Below are positions 38,121 through 53,304 of a DNA stretch of 64,000 nucleotides, in pieces. A program made the translations under genes and the position numbers. The notes under the pieces were generated by a model, which saw only the letters and a list, made by a program, of their open reading frames with translations, did no database searches and was not told the DNA's origin. Source of the DNA: Octopus sinensis (lineage: Eukaryota); NCBI RefSeq assembly GCF_006345805.1, contig NC_042999.1:61752001-61816000 (forward strand). Direction: 5' to 3'. Position 1 is the stretch's first letter. The number at the start of each line of letters is the position of its first letter.

Positions 38121-39664
38121 TTATAATAAAGGTGACTTCTAATTTAGGCATAAGATCTGTAATTTTAGGAAAAGAGTAGACCGATATCCTCGACTTACCT
38201 CCATAAATGATTCAAAGGGATATATGCCAAGTATATTCAATCGCAGTTGTTCGATTGTAAGTACATAGATAAAGAATGAGAGAACACTCTTGACAGAGCA
38301 GTTTCATTAAGTGGTCATTTAGTCCGGCCATTGAAACAGATGTCAATGAACATTGGGGGAATCCAGCATCTGAAAACCGACCGCACCGCTAAGTAGGTGT
38401 ATGAATTCGCGCTTTAGCTCTGACAAATCAACCTTTGTGTTTCGCGGCGAGAAATGCTCCAGGGCTATTCTCGTTGTCAGTACATTAAATATGGTGCTTT
38501 TCATAACAGCCTTTTCTTATTTGTTCTCAAGGTGAACTCCAATTTATCGCTATTGCTTGTTTCCTTGCCAACTTTACAACCGTCTATATAATCTCAGCTT
38601 ACACAAGCTGAGTTCCCCTATATGTTCGACCGTCCAGATTTAAAATGAATGATAACTGTAATCAACTCGTTAAATACTCTCAATATCTACGGACCTAGCA
38701 AATACACTACACATAATTTGATTTGGATGACCCAATCGCTTGCTTCACATCCCCAGTGGCGCATTCGGGAAATCTAGTTGATAACAGTTAGATTGTCAGA
38801 AAGGTCTTAGCAGATTTGAGAAGCTATTATACCCTGTTGCTATCGGCTAACTTTATGCAATTCCAGTGTATGCTCATAATGCCATTTCGTTCCCCGATTA
38901 ATGCTAAAGCGTTAATTGACATGATTATGATATTCTTATTAGCCAAGAGTGGACTGCACAATAAAAAATATAAGAAAACATACATGGTGAAAACAAAAAG
39001 TGTTAATCTATCATGTAAAACAGTAATTCAAATACTGAAAAATTAAAATGTCCTCTCCTAAACAACAGCAAAAGGTTTTCCTTTCCCTGATTTCCCCTAG
39101 GGGTCATAGCTAAGCCACTCTTGCAATATCTAACACATTGAGAAAACGTGAAACTTTCCAGTCTGTACTTATCTTTCATCGTATCAAACAATTTTAATAT
39201 TCCTCAACACTGTTTTCAACACTCAAGAGAAATGCAGTTTGTTAAGCGAAATACACCGATTATAAAACAATATATTTCATTGAAACTAATAATGAGTTTT
39301 CCTTGTCTGAAAGCGAAGAATATTAAACAGAATTGTTTGGTAACTGGGGAAAGAAGTAATTAGTTCTTCAGTATCTTTTTGACATTACGTGAACTACATT
39401 ATTCCAAATTTCAGGAAGTTTTCTGATTCATTGGCAGTTTATATATCTTAGTATTCTCTAATATGACATATTATTAATAACTTGCATGAATAAGTGTAAA
39501 TGTCTAACAGACTCTGGGAATGTTTAGAATTTTTAATACCAAGTCCATTAAGAGTTTATTATTTTCTCTTTTCTTAATATTAATCTCGGTAAAGTTATTG
39601 ATATTTGCATAAATTGTATAGTGTATGTGTGTGTGTACACGCATATATATATATATATATATTA

Positions 39665-39710
<46 letters not shown>

Positions 39711-39831
39711 CTTACGTGAAATGGATGCGTCGCGTTCAATTAAATAATGAATATATATATATAGATAGGTAGGTAGATAGATAGATATATACACATATGT
39801 ATACATATATATTACATATATATATATGTGT

Positions 39832-39908
<77 letters not shown>

Positions 39909-40236
39909 TGAGAGACGAGGAGAGAGAGAGAGAGAGGAGAGAGGAGAGAGAGAGAGAGAGAGAGAGAGATGCATATAGGGTACAGGACGTCACCAACGCG
40001 CGCAAATGACATGAAATACATAAAACAAACGAGTGAAATACATAAACGACGAGAGAAAAATGGAAATCAGGACACACATGCACACGCACACACAAGCGGA
40101 ATAGGATGGTAATGTATCGAATGCCGTATACAATAGTTTCTTAATTTTAAAAACAGTATCCCATTTAGTGACAGAAAAACAAATATCTAGAGGTAACTTT
40201 TATCGACTTTCAGACAGACATTCGATAAAAGTTATC

Positions 40237-40287
<51 letters not shown>

Positions 40288-40483
40288 TCGTCATCGTCAT
40301 CATCATCGTCATCGTCATCATCATCGTCATCATCATCATCATCATTATCATCATCATTATCGCCGTCATCATCATAATCATCATCATTATCCTTTTAATA
40401 TCCATTCTCCCTCGCTCGGAGAGAATTTGCTGATGCAGATTTTTTTTATGGCCAGACGCCCATATTAGAGAAACAAAGGGATG

Positions 40484-41021
40484 AAGTCGATTACATCGAC
40501 CCCAGTGCGTAACTGGTACTTATTTAATCTTCCCCGAAAGGATGAAAGGCAAAGTCGACCTCGGCGGAATTTGAACTCAGAACGTAACGGCAGACGAAAT
40601 ACCTATTTCTTTACTACCCACAAGGGGATAAACACAGAGAGGATAAACAAGGACAGACAAATGGATTAAGTGGATTGCATCTACTCCAGTGCGTAACTGG
40701 TACTTATTTAATCTTCCCCGAAAGGATGAAAGGCAAAATCAACCTCGGTGGAATTTGAACTCAGAACGTAGCGGCAGACAAAATACCTATTTCTTTACTA
40801 CCCACAAGGGGCTCCTACCGACAGAGAGAATAAACAAGGACAGACAAATGGGTTAAGTCGATTATATCGACTCCAGTGCGTAACTGGTACTTAATTTATC
40901 GACCCCGAATGGATGAAAGGCAAACTCGACTTCGGCGGAATTTGAACTCAGAATGTAGCGGCAGACGAAATACCGCTAAGCATTTCGCCCGGCGTGCTAA
41001 CGATTCTGCCAGCTCGCCGCC
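40484..41021 (-). mobile_element. SINE A trimer (head + 2 full 184-bp bodies + partial third)
   Basis: GAAATA|CCTATTTC-type junctions at 40601/40602 and 40785/40786; head ends at 41021. Confidence 0.9.
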
Positions 41022-41334
41022 CTTGAAGCTCATAATATAAGTGGCAGGATATTGCCAAAGAAGTGTAATTAGAGAGTGGGGTGAGGAAGTGAGTGGTGAA
41101 AACCTGGGCGTATAGAATGGCGGAGTGCTACTGAATAGCAATGCTACTGAGAAACAGGGCTGCGTGGAAAGGATTGAGGAGTGAGAGGTAGGCATAGTGC
41201 ATGAAGGAGGAAATGTGAGGAAGAGAAGAGATGTAGAGATGTAGATTTGTTTGTTGGGGTAGGGTGTGTGAAAAGTTTTCTTGTGTTACGTGTGGGAGGA
41301 ACACACAGATCGGTAGCTAGCGGATAGTATATAA

Positions 41335-41434
<100 letters not shown>

Positions 41435-41589
41435 ATACATATTCTGAAAGGCTGTGGTATGTTGGGGTACCACCTGTATCATCACCTTTTCAATTTCAAT
41501 GGCTATTCATATGTGCTTGGCTTTTGGTAATTAAGGGACTGTACTATTACTGCCCTCGTTTGATTTTTTTTTTTTTTGCTGCGATGTAA

Positions 41590-42290
41590 ATCAATTGGGG
41601 AACTTAGACAGCAGATGTTGGAAACATCTACCCTTACTCCATGTAGACCTCTCGGGTTTTTTGGTGGTGGTGGTGGGAGTTATTAAATAGCTGTGAGCTT
41701 TTGAATCCCAGGTTATTGCAGCACTTAGGCCTTACTTTATACAGGACTCGTTACAACTTAGGAACAGTGTTATAGCATTTTGTACGAGAGCTTGTATAAC
41801 TTTCGATACCAAAGTTTGGTGCCAGCCTCTCTAACATCTTCCATACGGATATCACTGTATTTCTTTCTGTCATCGCTCCAGAGAGTAGAGTCGAAATTGT
41901 TTCAATCTCTCCAAGTACATCAACTGTTTCCTTCATACAGTCTTTCTGATGCAGCAAAGCCGAACGGACTCAAGTTCCGCTATTACATTAACACTATGGG
42001 GTGACCGTAGTTGAGTGCAGTAACCCACACATCTGAGGACAACTGTCCCCCTACGACCAGCATAGTTTCCAAATCCTTAGTTCTAAAAGTTCCCAGAATC
42101 CAGCCAGCTATTCGCCTTCACATTGACACCATCTTGGCGATATGTACATGAAACGGAGCATTATTGTGTCGTTATGCATATCAGTTCCCAGGTCAGGCAC
42201 TGTGACTTGGTCCAAAGTATTTTTGTTGGGATGTGTTAGCAAATGCTGACTGATGACAAAAAGCTTGGAATTTTCCTGCATTAAGCCGTA
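41590..42290 (-). pseudogene. CR1-group LINE ORF2 C-terminal remnant
   Basis: ERNTVISVWKMLERLAPNFGIESY ~ RERY.IIY.WK.LEGL.PNFGIESY. Confidence 0.65.
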
Positions 42291-42371
42291 TTCATGTGTG
42301 GGTGTGGGTGTGGGTGTGTGTGCGTGTGTATGTGTGTGTGTGTGGATTATATCATATTGTATATTATATAT

Positions 42372-42620
42372 GTGGAGGCACGTGACTTAGTGGTTAGAGT
42401 GTCAGCATCATGATCGTAAGATTGTGATTTCGATTCCTGGACCGGGTGACGCGTTGTGTTCTTGAGCAAAACACTTCATTTCACGTTGCTCCAGTCCACT
42501 CAGCTGGCAGAAATGAGTAACGCTGCGATGGACTGACGTCCCGTCCAGCTGGGGAACATATGTGCCATTGAAACCGGGAAACCGGGCCCATGAGCCTGGC
42601 TAGGCTTTAAAAGGGCGCAT
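42372..42620 (+). mobile_element. tRNA-headed CORE-like SINE with an alternative tail (CGATGGACTGACGTCCCGTCCAG)
   Basis: Family C head and core followed by a different 3' module. Confidence 0.8.
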
Positions 42621-43040
42621 TTGTATTTTTTTTATGTTATATATATCATATCAGATGATATCGTATAAATTGCCGCCGCAGACTAGTTCCCTCGAATCTT
42701 ACCATTTACCTTATTAGTCATCGATATCCCTTCCCTAAATGTGTGACCCTTTGGGCCTTTGTTATAATATCATTAGAATCGATTTTATCGTTTACCGCTT
42801 ACTTTCCGTCATAATTATCATAATTTAATAATCGAAAACAAATTCATCATATTTCTCTCTAGTCGTATTTCGTGTTCAGTGAGCAGCATTCAAATTTTAT
42901 ACGCTTTTGCATTTTTTTCCTTTCATTTCACTTCAAATTTATTCTTTCGTAAAGTTTCAGTTATTTAAAGAAGTTTTCAGAACGTTTGGTTTCTTTATTT
43001 CAAAACCATTATAGATGTTCTTACACAGTGTTGTTTTCAT

Positions 43041-44840
<1,800 letters not shown>

Positions 44841-45166
44841 GTAATGAAATTAGATGTTGCAAACAAATCAAGCTGGCAGTATTGTGACATTGGGAAGGAA
44901 ACTAGTACAATTCTGTAGAGTAATTAGGATTTTATGGCGTTAAATCGGATATTCTATAATGCTCTAAACAGATTTCAAGTCATTAAGTTTTAATAGCAAT
45001 GCACTTGCTTCTCCAGTACAAACATTTTATTTAATATTTCTGAGTTGCAAAAGAAAACAAAGATTATATCTATGTGTATCTCTATGTGTGAGTATGAATA
45101 TACGCAAAGAGGCACAACAGACATACACACATGCACTCATATATGTATATATATGCATGTAGTGCG

Positions 45167-45200
<34 letters not shown>

Positions 45201-45299
45201 TTATGCAAAAGCCAATGCAGTCTATTCATACATATAAAGATATATAGCTATATACGTATGCTTACATACATATATATGCATATATATGCATACACAGAA

Positions 45300-45390
<91 letters not shown>

Positions 45391-45483
45391 GAACACATGC
45401 ATAAATATTCGACCATGAATATACACACGCATATAAGTTTACATTTATACGTATATGTGTGTGTATGTATGTATGTATGTATG

Positions 45484-45531
<48 letters not shown>

Positions 45532-45542
45532 CATACATATAC

Positions 45543-45573
<31 letters not shown>

Positions 45574-45601
45574 ACACACGTGCACACACGTATATGTGTG
45601 T

Positions 45602-45634
<33 letters not shown>

Positions 45635-45638
45635 GCAT

Positions 45639-45701
<63 letters not shown>

Positions 45702-45899
45702 ATACTCATGACATACAAAATAAATAAAAACAAGAAAATAATGAACAATATATAACACCAATACATAATTAGGCTTTGAAAAATCACACGAGACTTCAAC
45801 ATTTCAGCAGTCATCTTTCATGAAGGAAAGAAAGAGCAATGTGTTTGTGAGAAAGAGAGGTGGGGGTGAGAAAAAATGAGACAGACAGAGGGAGGGGTG

Positions 45900-45946
<47 letters not shown>

Positions 45947-46599
45947 AATTCAGTAGAGCAGCATGGCGCATGGCAGTGCATAGAATGAAGATTTGTCGTC
46001 GAAAGAGCTAGAATCGAGGGAGTAGATCGACATATAGAAAAAGTCAGATGTACGGATGAGTGGGAGCATGTTAAGTACATGTAATGGCAAGTAAACGAGT
46101 GTGTATGTTACCTGCGTATGCATGCGTTTTGTGGAGGTGAGATGTCGGGGAAGGAGAACACCGTTATCGGGAGATATGTTAATATCTTTTAAAAGTCAGT
46201 TCGTATGTTATTCACTCCCACCATTTTGCTCCTGTTTGTCCTAATTGCTGGTAGAAGGAAGAGCATCGCCATATCATGCATGGCGTTCTCAGCTGGCTAA
46301 ATTAGGATACGAGTGACCGACCAGTTTTAAATCTCGCGCTAAATATATTAAAGGACGCCTTTTTCATCCTGCGAATATATTAAACAAGACTTTCGGCGAA
46401 TTATGCGAGGTAAACACAACAATCAGTGGGCTTTCTTTTTCTGTGTTTAAAAATAATAATAAAAAATATTGTATACAGTGCTCAGGTGCCCCACAACTTG
46501 TCAAAAGTGCGTATAAAGTATATGCAGTAATGTACAAATGTCTGGGAAGTGAACAGTGTATGAGTCAGATACATACTTGCGTGTGTATGGAGGGGAGAA

Positions 46600-47220
46600 A
46601 AGCAGGTGTAGTGTTGGCCAATCTCAGGAAGCATGGAAGTTTTGAAGGATGCAGTGCTCCGACAACTAACAACCGATGCCGACAGTTTGTTCCATGATTC
46701 GGCAATTCTTAATGTGAAAAAATGTTTCCGAAAGTCATGGGAGCTGTGCTGTTTTCTGACTTTGTAAACAGGCGCAATGGCCCAGTGGTTAGGGCAGCGG
46801 ACTCGCGGTCGGAGGACCGCGGTTTCGATTCCCAGACCGGGCGCTGTGTGTGTTTATTGAGCGAAAACACCTAACAGCTCCACGAGGCTCCGGCAGGGGG
46901 TGGTGATCCCTGCTGTACTCTTTCACCATTAAAGGCGGTGCCCCAGCATGGCCGCAGTCAAATGACTGAAACAAGTAAATGAATAAAATGAAAAAAATGT
47001 CCACGAGTGTTAGATAGGTGGAGTTTGAAAAGGGGCTCAGAGTTATTGTTAGGAAGATGGTTAATAATTTTATGGGTGTCTGCCATGTCACTTGCCAGAC
47101 GTCGGAGTTTCAATGTATCCATGCCCTGGGAAGTAAGGCATTTAAAAAGGCGATACCGTGTAACATCACTGGAGCGCATGTACATCAGGTGACGCTGAGT
47201 CACGTAGATTGCCTACTGTG
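46600..47220 (-). pseudogene. CR1/L2-group LINE 3' remnant interrupted by a SINE
   Basis: GMDTLKLRRLASD..HKIINHL..SNTRGH|VYKVRKQHSSHDFRKHFFTLRIAESWNKL. The frame rejoins exactly across the insert at 46771-46996. Confidence 0.8.
46771..46996 (+). mobile_element. Chimeric SINE (tRNA-Arg-like D head + family B 3' tail)
   Basis: A box TGGCCCAGTGG and B box GGTTTCGATTCC. The tail AAAGGCGGTGCCCCAGCATGGCCGCAGTCAAATGACTGAAACAAG starts at ~46930. Confidence 0.8.
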
Positions 47221-47931
47221 ACTCAGGTACAGGTATATCTCCTATTGTGTCAGTCTTGTCTCTGCTCCAGTACGTCAGGGGCGAGAAAGCAAGGATGAAA
47301 GACCGGCTCTACCTTTCTTCTCCATAACCCCACTCTTGTAGGAATTATGAACAATAAGAAGGCGAACATTTCGTTGCTGCTGTTAGAAAAAGCGGCCTTA
47401 AAATACCACCTCTACTGCGGGTTCCTCTTCCTGAAGACACAAAGAAAAGTATAGTAAAGCAAGAGCAGTCACAACTCTCCAGTATTCCTTGTGTGTACCC
47501 CTTTTCTTATTGAGGTTTTCATAAAGAGTTGCACTCGGTATCTAAGAGATCCTCTTCGAAAATAAAGGAAATACGTAAGGTAAAAACACAGACGTACTCT
47601 TGGGGTTTGATGTGGTTGCGGTATATTTGTGTGCTATTATTGTAAGTGTGGCATAATTGTGCGTGGTATACGATGTGTATGTGAGGATGTGATAGTTGGA
47701 TGTTGTTGTGTATGAGAATATGATGTGTAGGTGTGTTTATATATGACGAGGAGTAAATGTCAAGTGGAATTGGCGTGTTGCTGCGTGGGTGGTGAAAATA
47801 GAGCATAATAGTAGTGCGCGCGCGCGTGTATGTATGTGTGTGCGAGCGTTTTGTGTCTGTATGTTCGTGCGTGCTACATTGGTAGAATATATTACATGAA
47901 TAGTAAAATTTTACTGAGAATGTCACTGAGA

Positions 47932-47973
<42 letters not shown>

Positions 47974-48464
47974 GATAGAAAAAGAGAGAAAGAGAGGGAG
48001 AGAGTGACGAAGGCATGCGTAAAGTATACGCGAGGCCATTTATTAATGAGTCGGTGGGTTTATGTGCTGAGATGGGAAATTTTAGGAATACGTGGGGGCG
48101 TTTATCGATAGTGTTCATGACGACGGCTACTCAATTATTAATGGCAACCGAGTTTACAGTGTTCAACTGGAAAATTAATTGTTATCCATGATGAAAGTAT
48201 AAGCGAGGAGCCCCATAGGATTGTATAATATCGCAAATGATCAGATACATGTTGAAGTGACTTCGAGAGACTGCCCTATATCCAACAAGTGGTCTCAAAC
48301 GATTAATCAGTCTCCGACTGGTTTTCTCAGTGCATCATTAGCGTCAGTGCTCACATTTAATGAAGTAGCCGATGTTCGTGGAAGCACTGGTGAAACGGTC
48401 AATGAAATCGGCAGCTGTCACTTTCCAAGCATTTTCCATCTAGAATGCGGCTGATGTTCTAAAC

Positions 48465-48794
48465 CAGGCCTGGCTCAGATCGAATTACATTGCGGGTCAC
48501 TTTAATCACAGAAAGTTTTTTGAGGGCCGCTTGTATACTTTCTGCACTCATAGTCAAATAATCAAATTATAGAATCAAGGATTTTTCATACTTTTCGTTT
48601 GTTTAAAACTATAAAATTGTAGGTTATTTCTTTATTGTCACTTATAAGATTTTAATTTATTTTATAACAAATGTTTTACACAAACAATTTTATTTTCAAA
48701 TTAGACACAGTACTTCAAGAAAGTATCAAGCGGGTCGCATGATCAAAGTCTGCGAGCCGCATGCGTCCCGCGGGCCTCTGGTCGGCCAGCCCTG
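48465..48794. mobile_element. hAT (Charlie-like) MITE, 330 bp
   Basis: Termini CAGGCCTGGC / GCCAGCCCTG; 8-bp TSD TTCTAAAC / TTCTAAGC (7/8). Confidence 0.8.
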
Positions 48795-49094
48795 TTCTAA
48801 GCAAAGATCCTACGGTGGGCGCAAAGCTAGTAAAGTATCTGGTGATGGATGAAGAGCTGCTAGTCAGGAAATTACTCAAAATGGGGTCGCATTTAAAGTG
48901 AAAAGACAGTATTAAGAAAATATGTGGGAAATGTATACACACACACACACAAACACACACAATCAGACATGACTGAAACAAGTTTAAAATAACACACACA
49001 TACATGTGTATGTGTGTGTATGCGTGTGTGTGTGTGTACGTGTGTGTGTGTGTGTTTATGTGCGTATGCCTCTGTGCGTACTTGTGTGTATGTC

Positions 49095-49245
49095 GCTTGG
49101 CAACTGATCTTGGTGTGTTTACGTTCTCCTCAACTTAGTGATTCGATAAAAATAAAATAAATACTAGGCTTGCAAAAAATACGTCCTGGGGTTGAATTGT
49201 TCGCCTAAAGGCCGCATGGCCGCAGTCAAATAACTGAAACAAGTA

Positions 49246-49247
<2 letters not shown>
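49095..49247 (+). mobile_element. SINE family B 3' half
   Basis: GGTGTGTTTACGT...GGCCGCAGTCAAATAACTGAAACAAG. Confidence 0.7.
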
Positions 49248-49312
<65 letters not shown>

Positions 49313-49513
49313 GATTCAGTTGAATAAGATACTTATAGGTAAGGCATCATGTTAAGTCAGAATAAAATGTATGCACACTAATTATAGACGAATACCTACA
49401 TCGGTACAGAAGTACTGACGGAAGGATATTCAGGTTATACATGCAATTAATTGAACTCAACTGGGTACATATTCAACTCTTGAGGTATTGAGAAACGCAC
49501 ATTTTATTAAATA

Positions 49514-49739
<226 letters not shown>

Positions 49740-50216
49740 ATATATATATATGATATGGGCAACATGCACACATACCCAGACGCACGTACGTTCACCTATT
49801 GCATACATGTTTTTTGTACCCATACATGTTCGTGTGTGTGTGTGTGTGTTAGTGTTGCCCGTATATCAATAAAACACATTTTTCCTCGATGGAAAAAAAA
49901 CAACAAAAGTCTTAACAAAAACTTAGAAGGATTAGAAAAAAAATGGGAAGATGCAGGGGAGATAAACGAGTGGGAAATAGTGGGAGATAAAGAAAGAGGG
50001 CGAAGAAATATGAAAGAGGGGAAGCGAAAGAAAAGAAGAAAAATGAGAGGGGGAATAAAAGATAGAGTAAGAGTCGTACAAAATTTAGCGTCTTTCAAAA
50101 CAGGGCGTAAAATAGAGACAATTAGTACTCTGAACGGACAAGATCCCTAGAATCCAACGTCGAATACAGGAAGAAAGAACCCAAGTAAATAAGAGTTGGC
50201 TACAGGAAATGTACCG

Positions 50217-50379
50217 ATTTCTTTACTACCCACAAGGGGCTAAACACAGAGGGGACAAACAAGGACATACAAAAGGATTAAGTGGATTATATCGACCTCA
50301 GTGCGTAACTGGTACTTATTTAATCGACCCCGAAAGGATGAAAGGCAAAGTCGACCTCGGCGGAATTTGAACTGAGAAC
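50217..50379 (-). mobile_element. 5'-truncated SINE A with 18-bp TSD
   Basis: GCTACAGGAAATGTACCG at 50199-50216 and 50380-50397. Confidence 0.92.
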
Positions 50380-51122
50380 GCTACAGGAAATGTACCGGTT
50401 GAGCTAATGAAGGTACAGTGAAGTAAAAGATGGACTGGTAGTTGTTAATGGCAAACACACAGACATACGTATATACACATACGTACATACACATACACAC
50501 ATATACATATATGCATACACACACATACATACATACATGTATGCATGTAAGTTTGTGTGTGTTAGTATATATTCGATGTATACCGATGAATATAAAGATG
50601 CATAAATATACGAGAAATTCAGTGAACTGAAAATAATAACGTGTGGTATTTGTCCGTATTGCACATACTCTCCATTGTTGCTTTAGATATCATAAATGAA
50701 TGGAGGCAAAGAATAGCAGCCTAATTCCTCTCAAATCGCATGATACAATGTTCAGGCATTCACTGGACAATATCGTCTTAGTCATACAAAAATGTCGGAT
50801 GTTGGTGGCTTTTGTTCGCGTGTCTGTTCAATGAGGTGCAGGCTCGGTGTAAGTGAAAACAGGGTGAACCACGTATAAGCAAACCATAAACCTAAGGTCA
50901 ACGACTATTGTTCACAAAGTACATGATATAAAGTCGGCCATAAATTGCATGATATAAAATAAATATGTACGTACACACGTTTATAACAATAGTTTTCTGC
51001 TTTATTGTTTACTTGTATATGAATACATTGTCCTATCACTTATGAACAAAGATGCATAGAAATATAGGCACAAATATACATATTTTCAAGCAGTTTTCAG
51101 GCTGCTCGAAACATATATAGAT

Positions 51123-51200
<78 letters not shown>

Positions 51201-51209
51201 GGATGGATG

Positions 51210-51261
<52 letters not shown>

Positions 51262-52090
51262 TGCATATACATGCATACAGATATACATATGCATATATAG
51301 TGTGTGTGTGTGTGCGTGTTTGTGTTTATACGTTTGTGTATGTGTAATTGCATTTATGAGTGCATTTGTGTATTTATTCATGTGTGAGCACTGGCCTACG
51401 TGTTTTCTTTTTCAGTATGTATGTATTTTCGTGTGTGTATATATGTGTGACGATGTTTATTTGCATATCTTCTTGTGTGTGCGTATGTGTGTGTGCGTGT
51501 GCGCACGTGTGTGTGTGTGTATAAATGTATTTTGTGCGATTTTTTTTACCGAGTTATTTGTGTATATTTATGTATTTGCAAGTATTGTGTACACATATTA
51601 AATATGATGCTGACGTTAAGTTACCACCTTTTTCATAAAACGGAAACACTGCAATGGCAGACAGCCAGTTTGAAGGAGAAAAATAACACAAGTTTCTTGT
51701 TGCTATTCATCTAGTTGCAGGTGCTTGCGGTCAATGGAGCTTGACAGTTTTACCTAATAAGGATATTAAATATATTCCTGTACATGTCTAAAGAAATTGA
51801 ATGGTATATGCATCAGTAAATTGTTAAAGTATTCAACTAGAATTTTTTTTTTTTAATTGATTGTTTCGTTCTTGCCTAAAGCACGGGGCATCAGCTGCAG
51901 CTAAATAAAATTTAACTACTGTCAATTGTTGAAATTTTTGTTCTTATAAAACATTGAATTTATGTAAATTAAACAATAAACAGCTTAAAGAAAACGAGAA
52001 AATAATTTGCAAAAGAGAAGCAGGAGAAATTCTTCTGTTTTGCTAGGTACTTCAAGGCACAATTTAGCGGATATATATAAGTTTCACCAA

Positions 52091-52320
52091 GACGGCGAGC
52101 TGGCAGAAGCGTTACCACGCCGGGCGAAATGCGTAGCCGTATTTCGTCTGCCGTTATGCTCTGAGTTCAAATTCCGCCGAGGTCGACTTTGTCTTTCATC
52201 CTTTCGGTATCGATAAATTAAGTACCAGTTACGCACTAGGGTCGATGTAATCGACTTAATCCGTGTGTCTGTCCTTGTTTGTCCCCTCTGTGTTTAGCCC
52301 CTTGTGGGTAGTAAAGAAAC
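52091..52320 (+). mobile_element. SINE A monomer with 18-bp TSD
   Basis: ATATATAAGTTTCACCAA at 52073-52090 and 52321-52338. Confidence 0.93.
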
Positions 52321-52429
52321 ATATATAAGTTTCACCAATAACTTGTTTACGACTATTATAGAAACCTTTCACTTGAGTCTGGAGGGAGCGATAGTTCTTT
52401 GCCTTTTGAGTTTTTGTTGTAGGTTCAGT

Positions 52430-53090
52430 TTTTAAGTCAAACTTCTACCTTAATTCTTTCACCACGGAGGAGCTGTGAAAATAGTTTTAGTCTGGAAAAC
52501 AGAATTTTCTCCATTCTTTGGATGTACCCCAGCCAGCTGAAGCTTCGCTGCGCCAATATCTCTTGTATGCTGTGGAGTTTAGTATTTCCCAGGATGAGGG
52601 ATTTCTGAACCCATCTCTTCAGATAATATCCATTAATTCTCTCAGGTGTCTCCTCATGAATGCATGCAATCACTTATTATCTATTTGCGATTTAACGCCC
52701 ATACATGAGCTCTCTAAAGCATTGTGGATAATTACTCACAAGAAACTGTACTTTACTTAGTCTATAATGAGGTTGTCATTCCTGAGTCGTTGTCTTACCA
52801 TTCCGAATGCCAACCTGGCATTTTGTATGTTGATTTTGCGATCTGCTTCTTCACTGAGTCTACTATCACTCCTGCTTGTACTTAACAGATAGGCAAAACG
52901 TTTTGCCCGTACCAGCTTTCGCCTTTCGATGATGATGGATACAGGTTTTGCAACTTAGCTTGCATCGGTTTCATATTGAAGCCGAACTACGACAACAAAA
53001 GCATCCACCAGACTCTATATATCCTCTGTACTACGTGAGGCAATGACACAGTCGCCAGCTAACTGTATTTCTTTCTCAATGTTTCAGTGT
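52430..53090 (-). pseudogene. RTE-clade LINE C-terminal remnant
   Basis: SIQEILAQRSFSWLGYIQRME..LKLFSQLLRGER ~ SI..IL.QRRLRWLGHV.RM...LLF.EL..G.R. Upstream NARLAFG ~ KA..AFG. Confidence 0.75.
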
Positions 53091-53168
53091 AAGTTTTTAT
53101 GACGTTGCGTTTTAAATAGGTTGGCATCAATTGTTATGTATGTGTATATACCTTCATTGAATTTGCAG

Positions 53169-53304
53169 AATATCTACACGAGTAGTGGTATCAGATATAG
53201 TAAAAATAATGGATGGCAGCACGCAGCCCTGCTTGCCACCCGCCATTGTAACATCAAACTATGCAGAATTGCTGTTCAACTGCATAACCCCAGATGGCGT
53301 GCCA
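53169..53304 (+). CDS. Candidate 136-nt internal host exon, product unknown
   Basis: Acceptor gaatttgcag| and donor CCA|gtgagt. The phase-2 frame is open: ISTRVVVSDIVKIMDGSTQPCLPPAIVTSNYAELLFNCITPDGVP. A second frame is also open. Confidence 0.35.

Noticed and set aside
46771-46845. tRNA-like sequences here and at 33120-33190 and 42372-42445 as tRNA genes
   Set aside because: A/B boxes are present but no complete acceptor stem, and they continue into SINE bodies.
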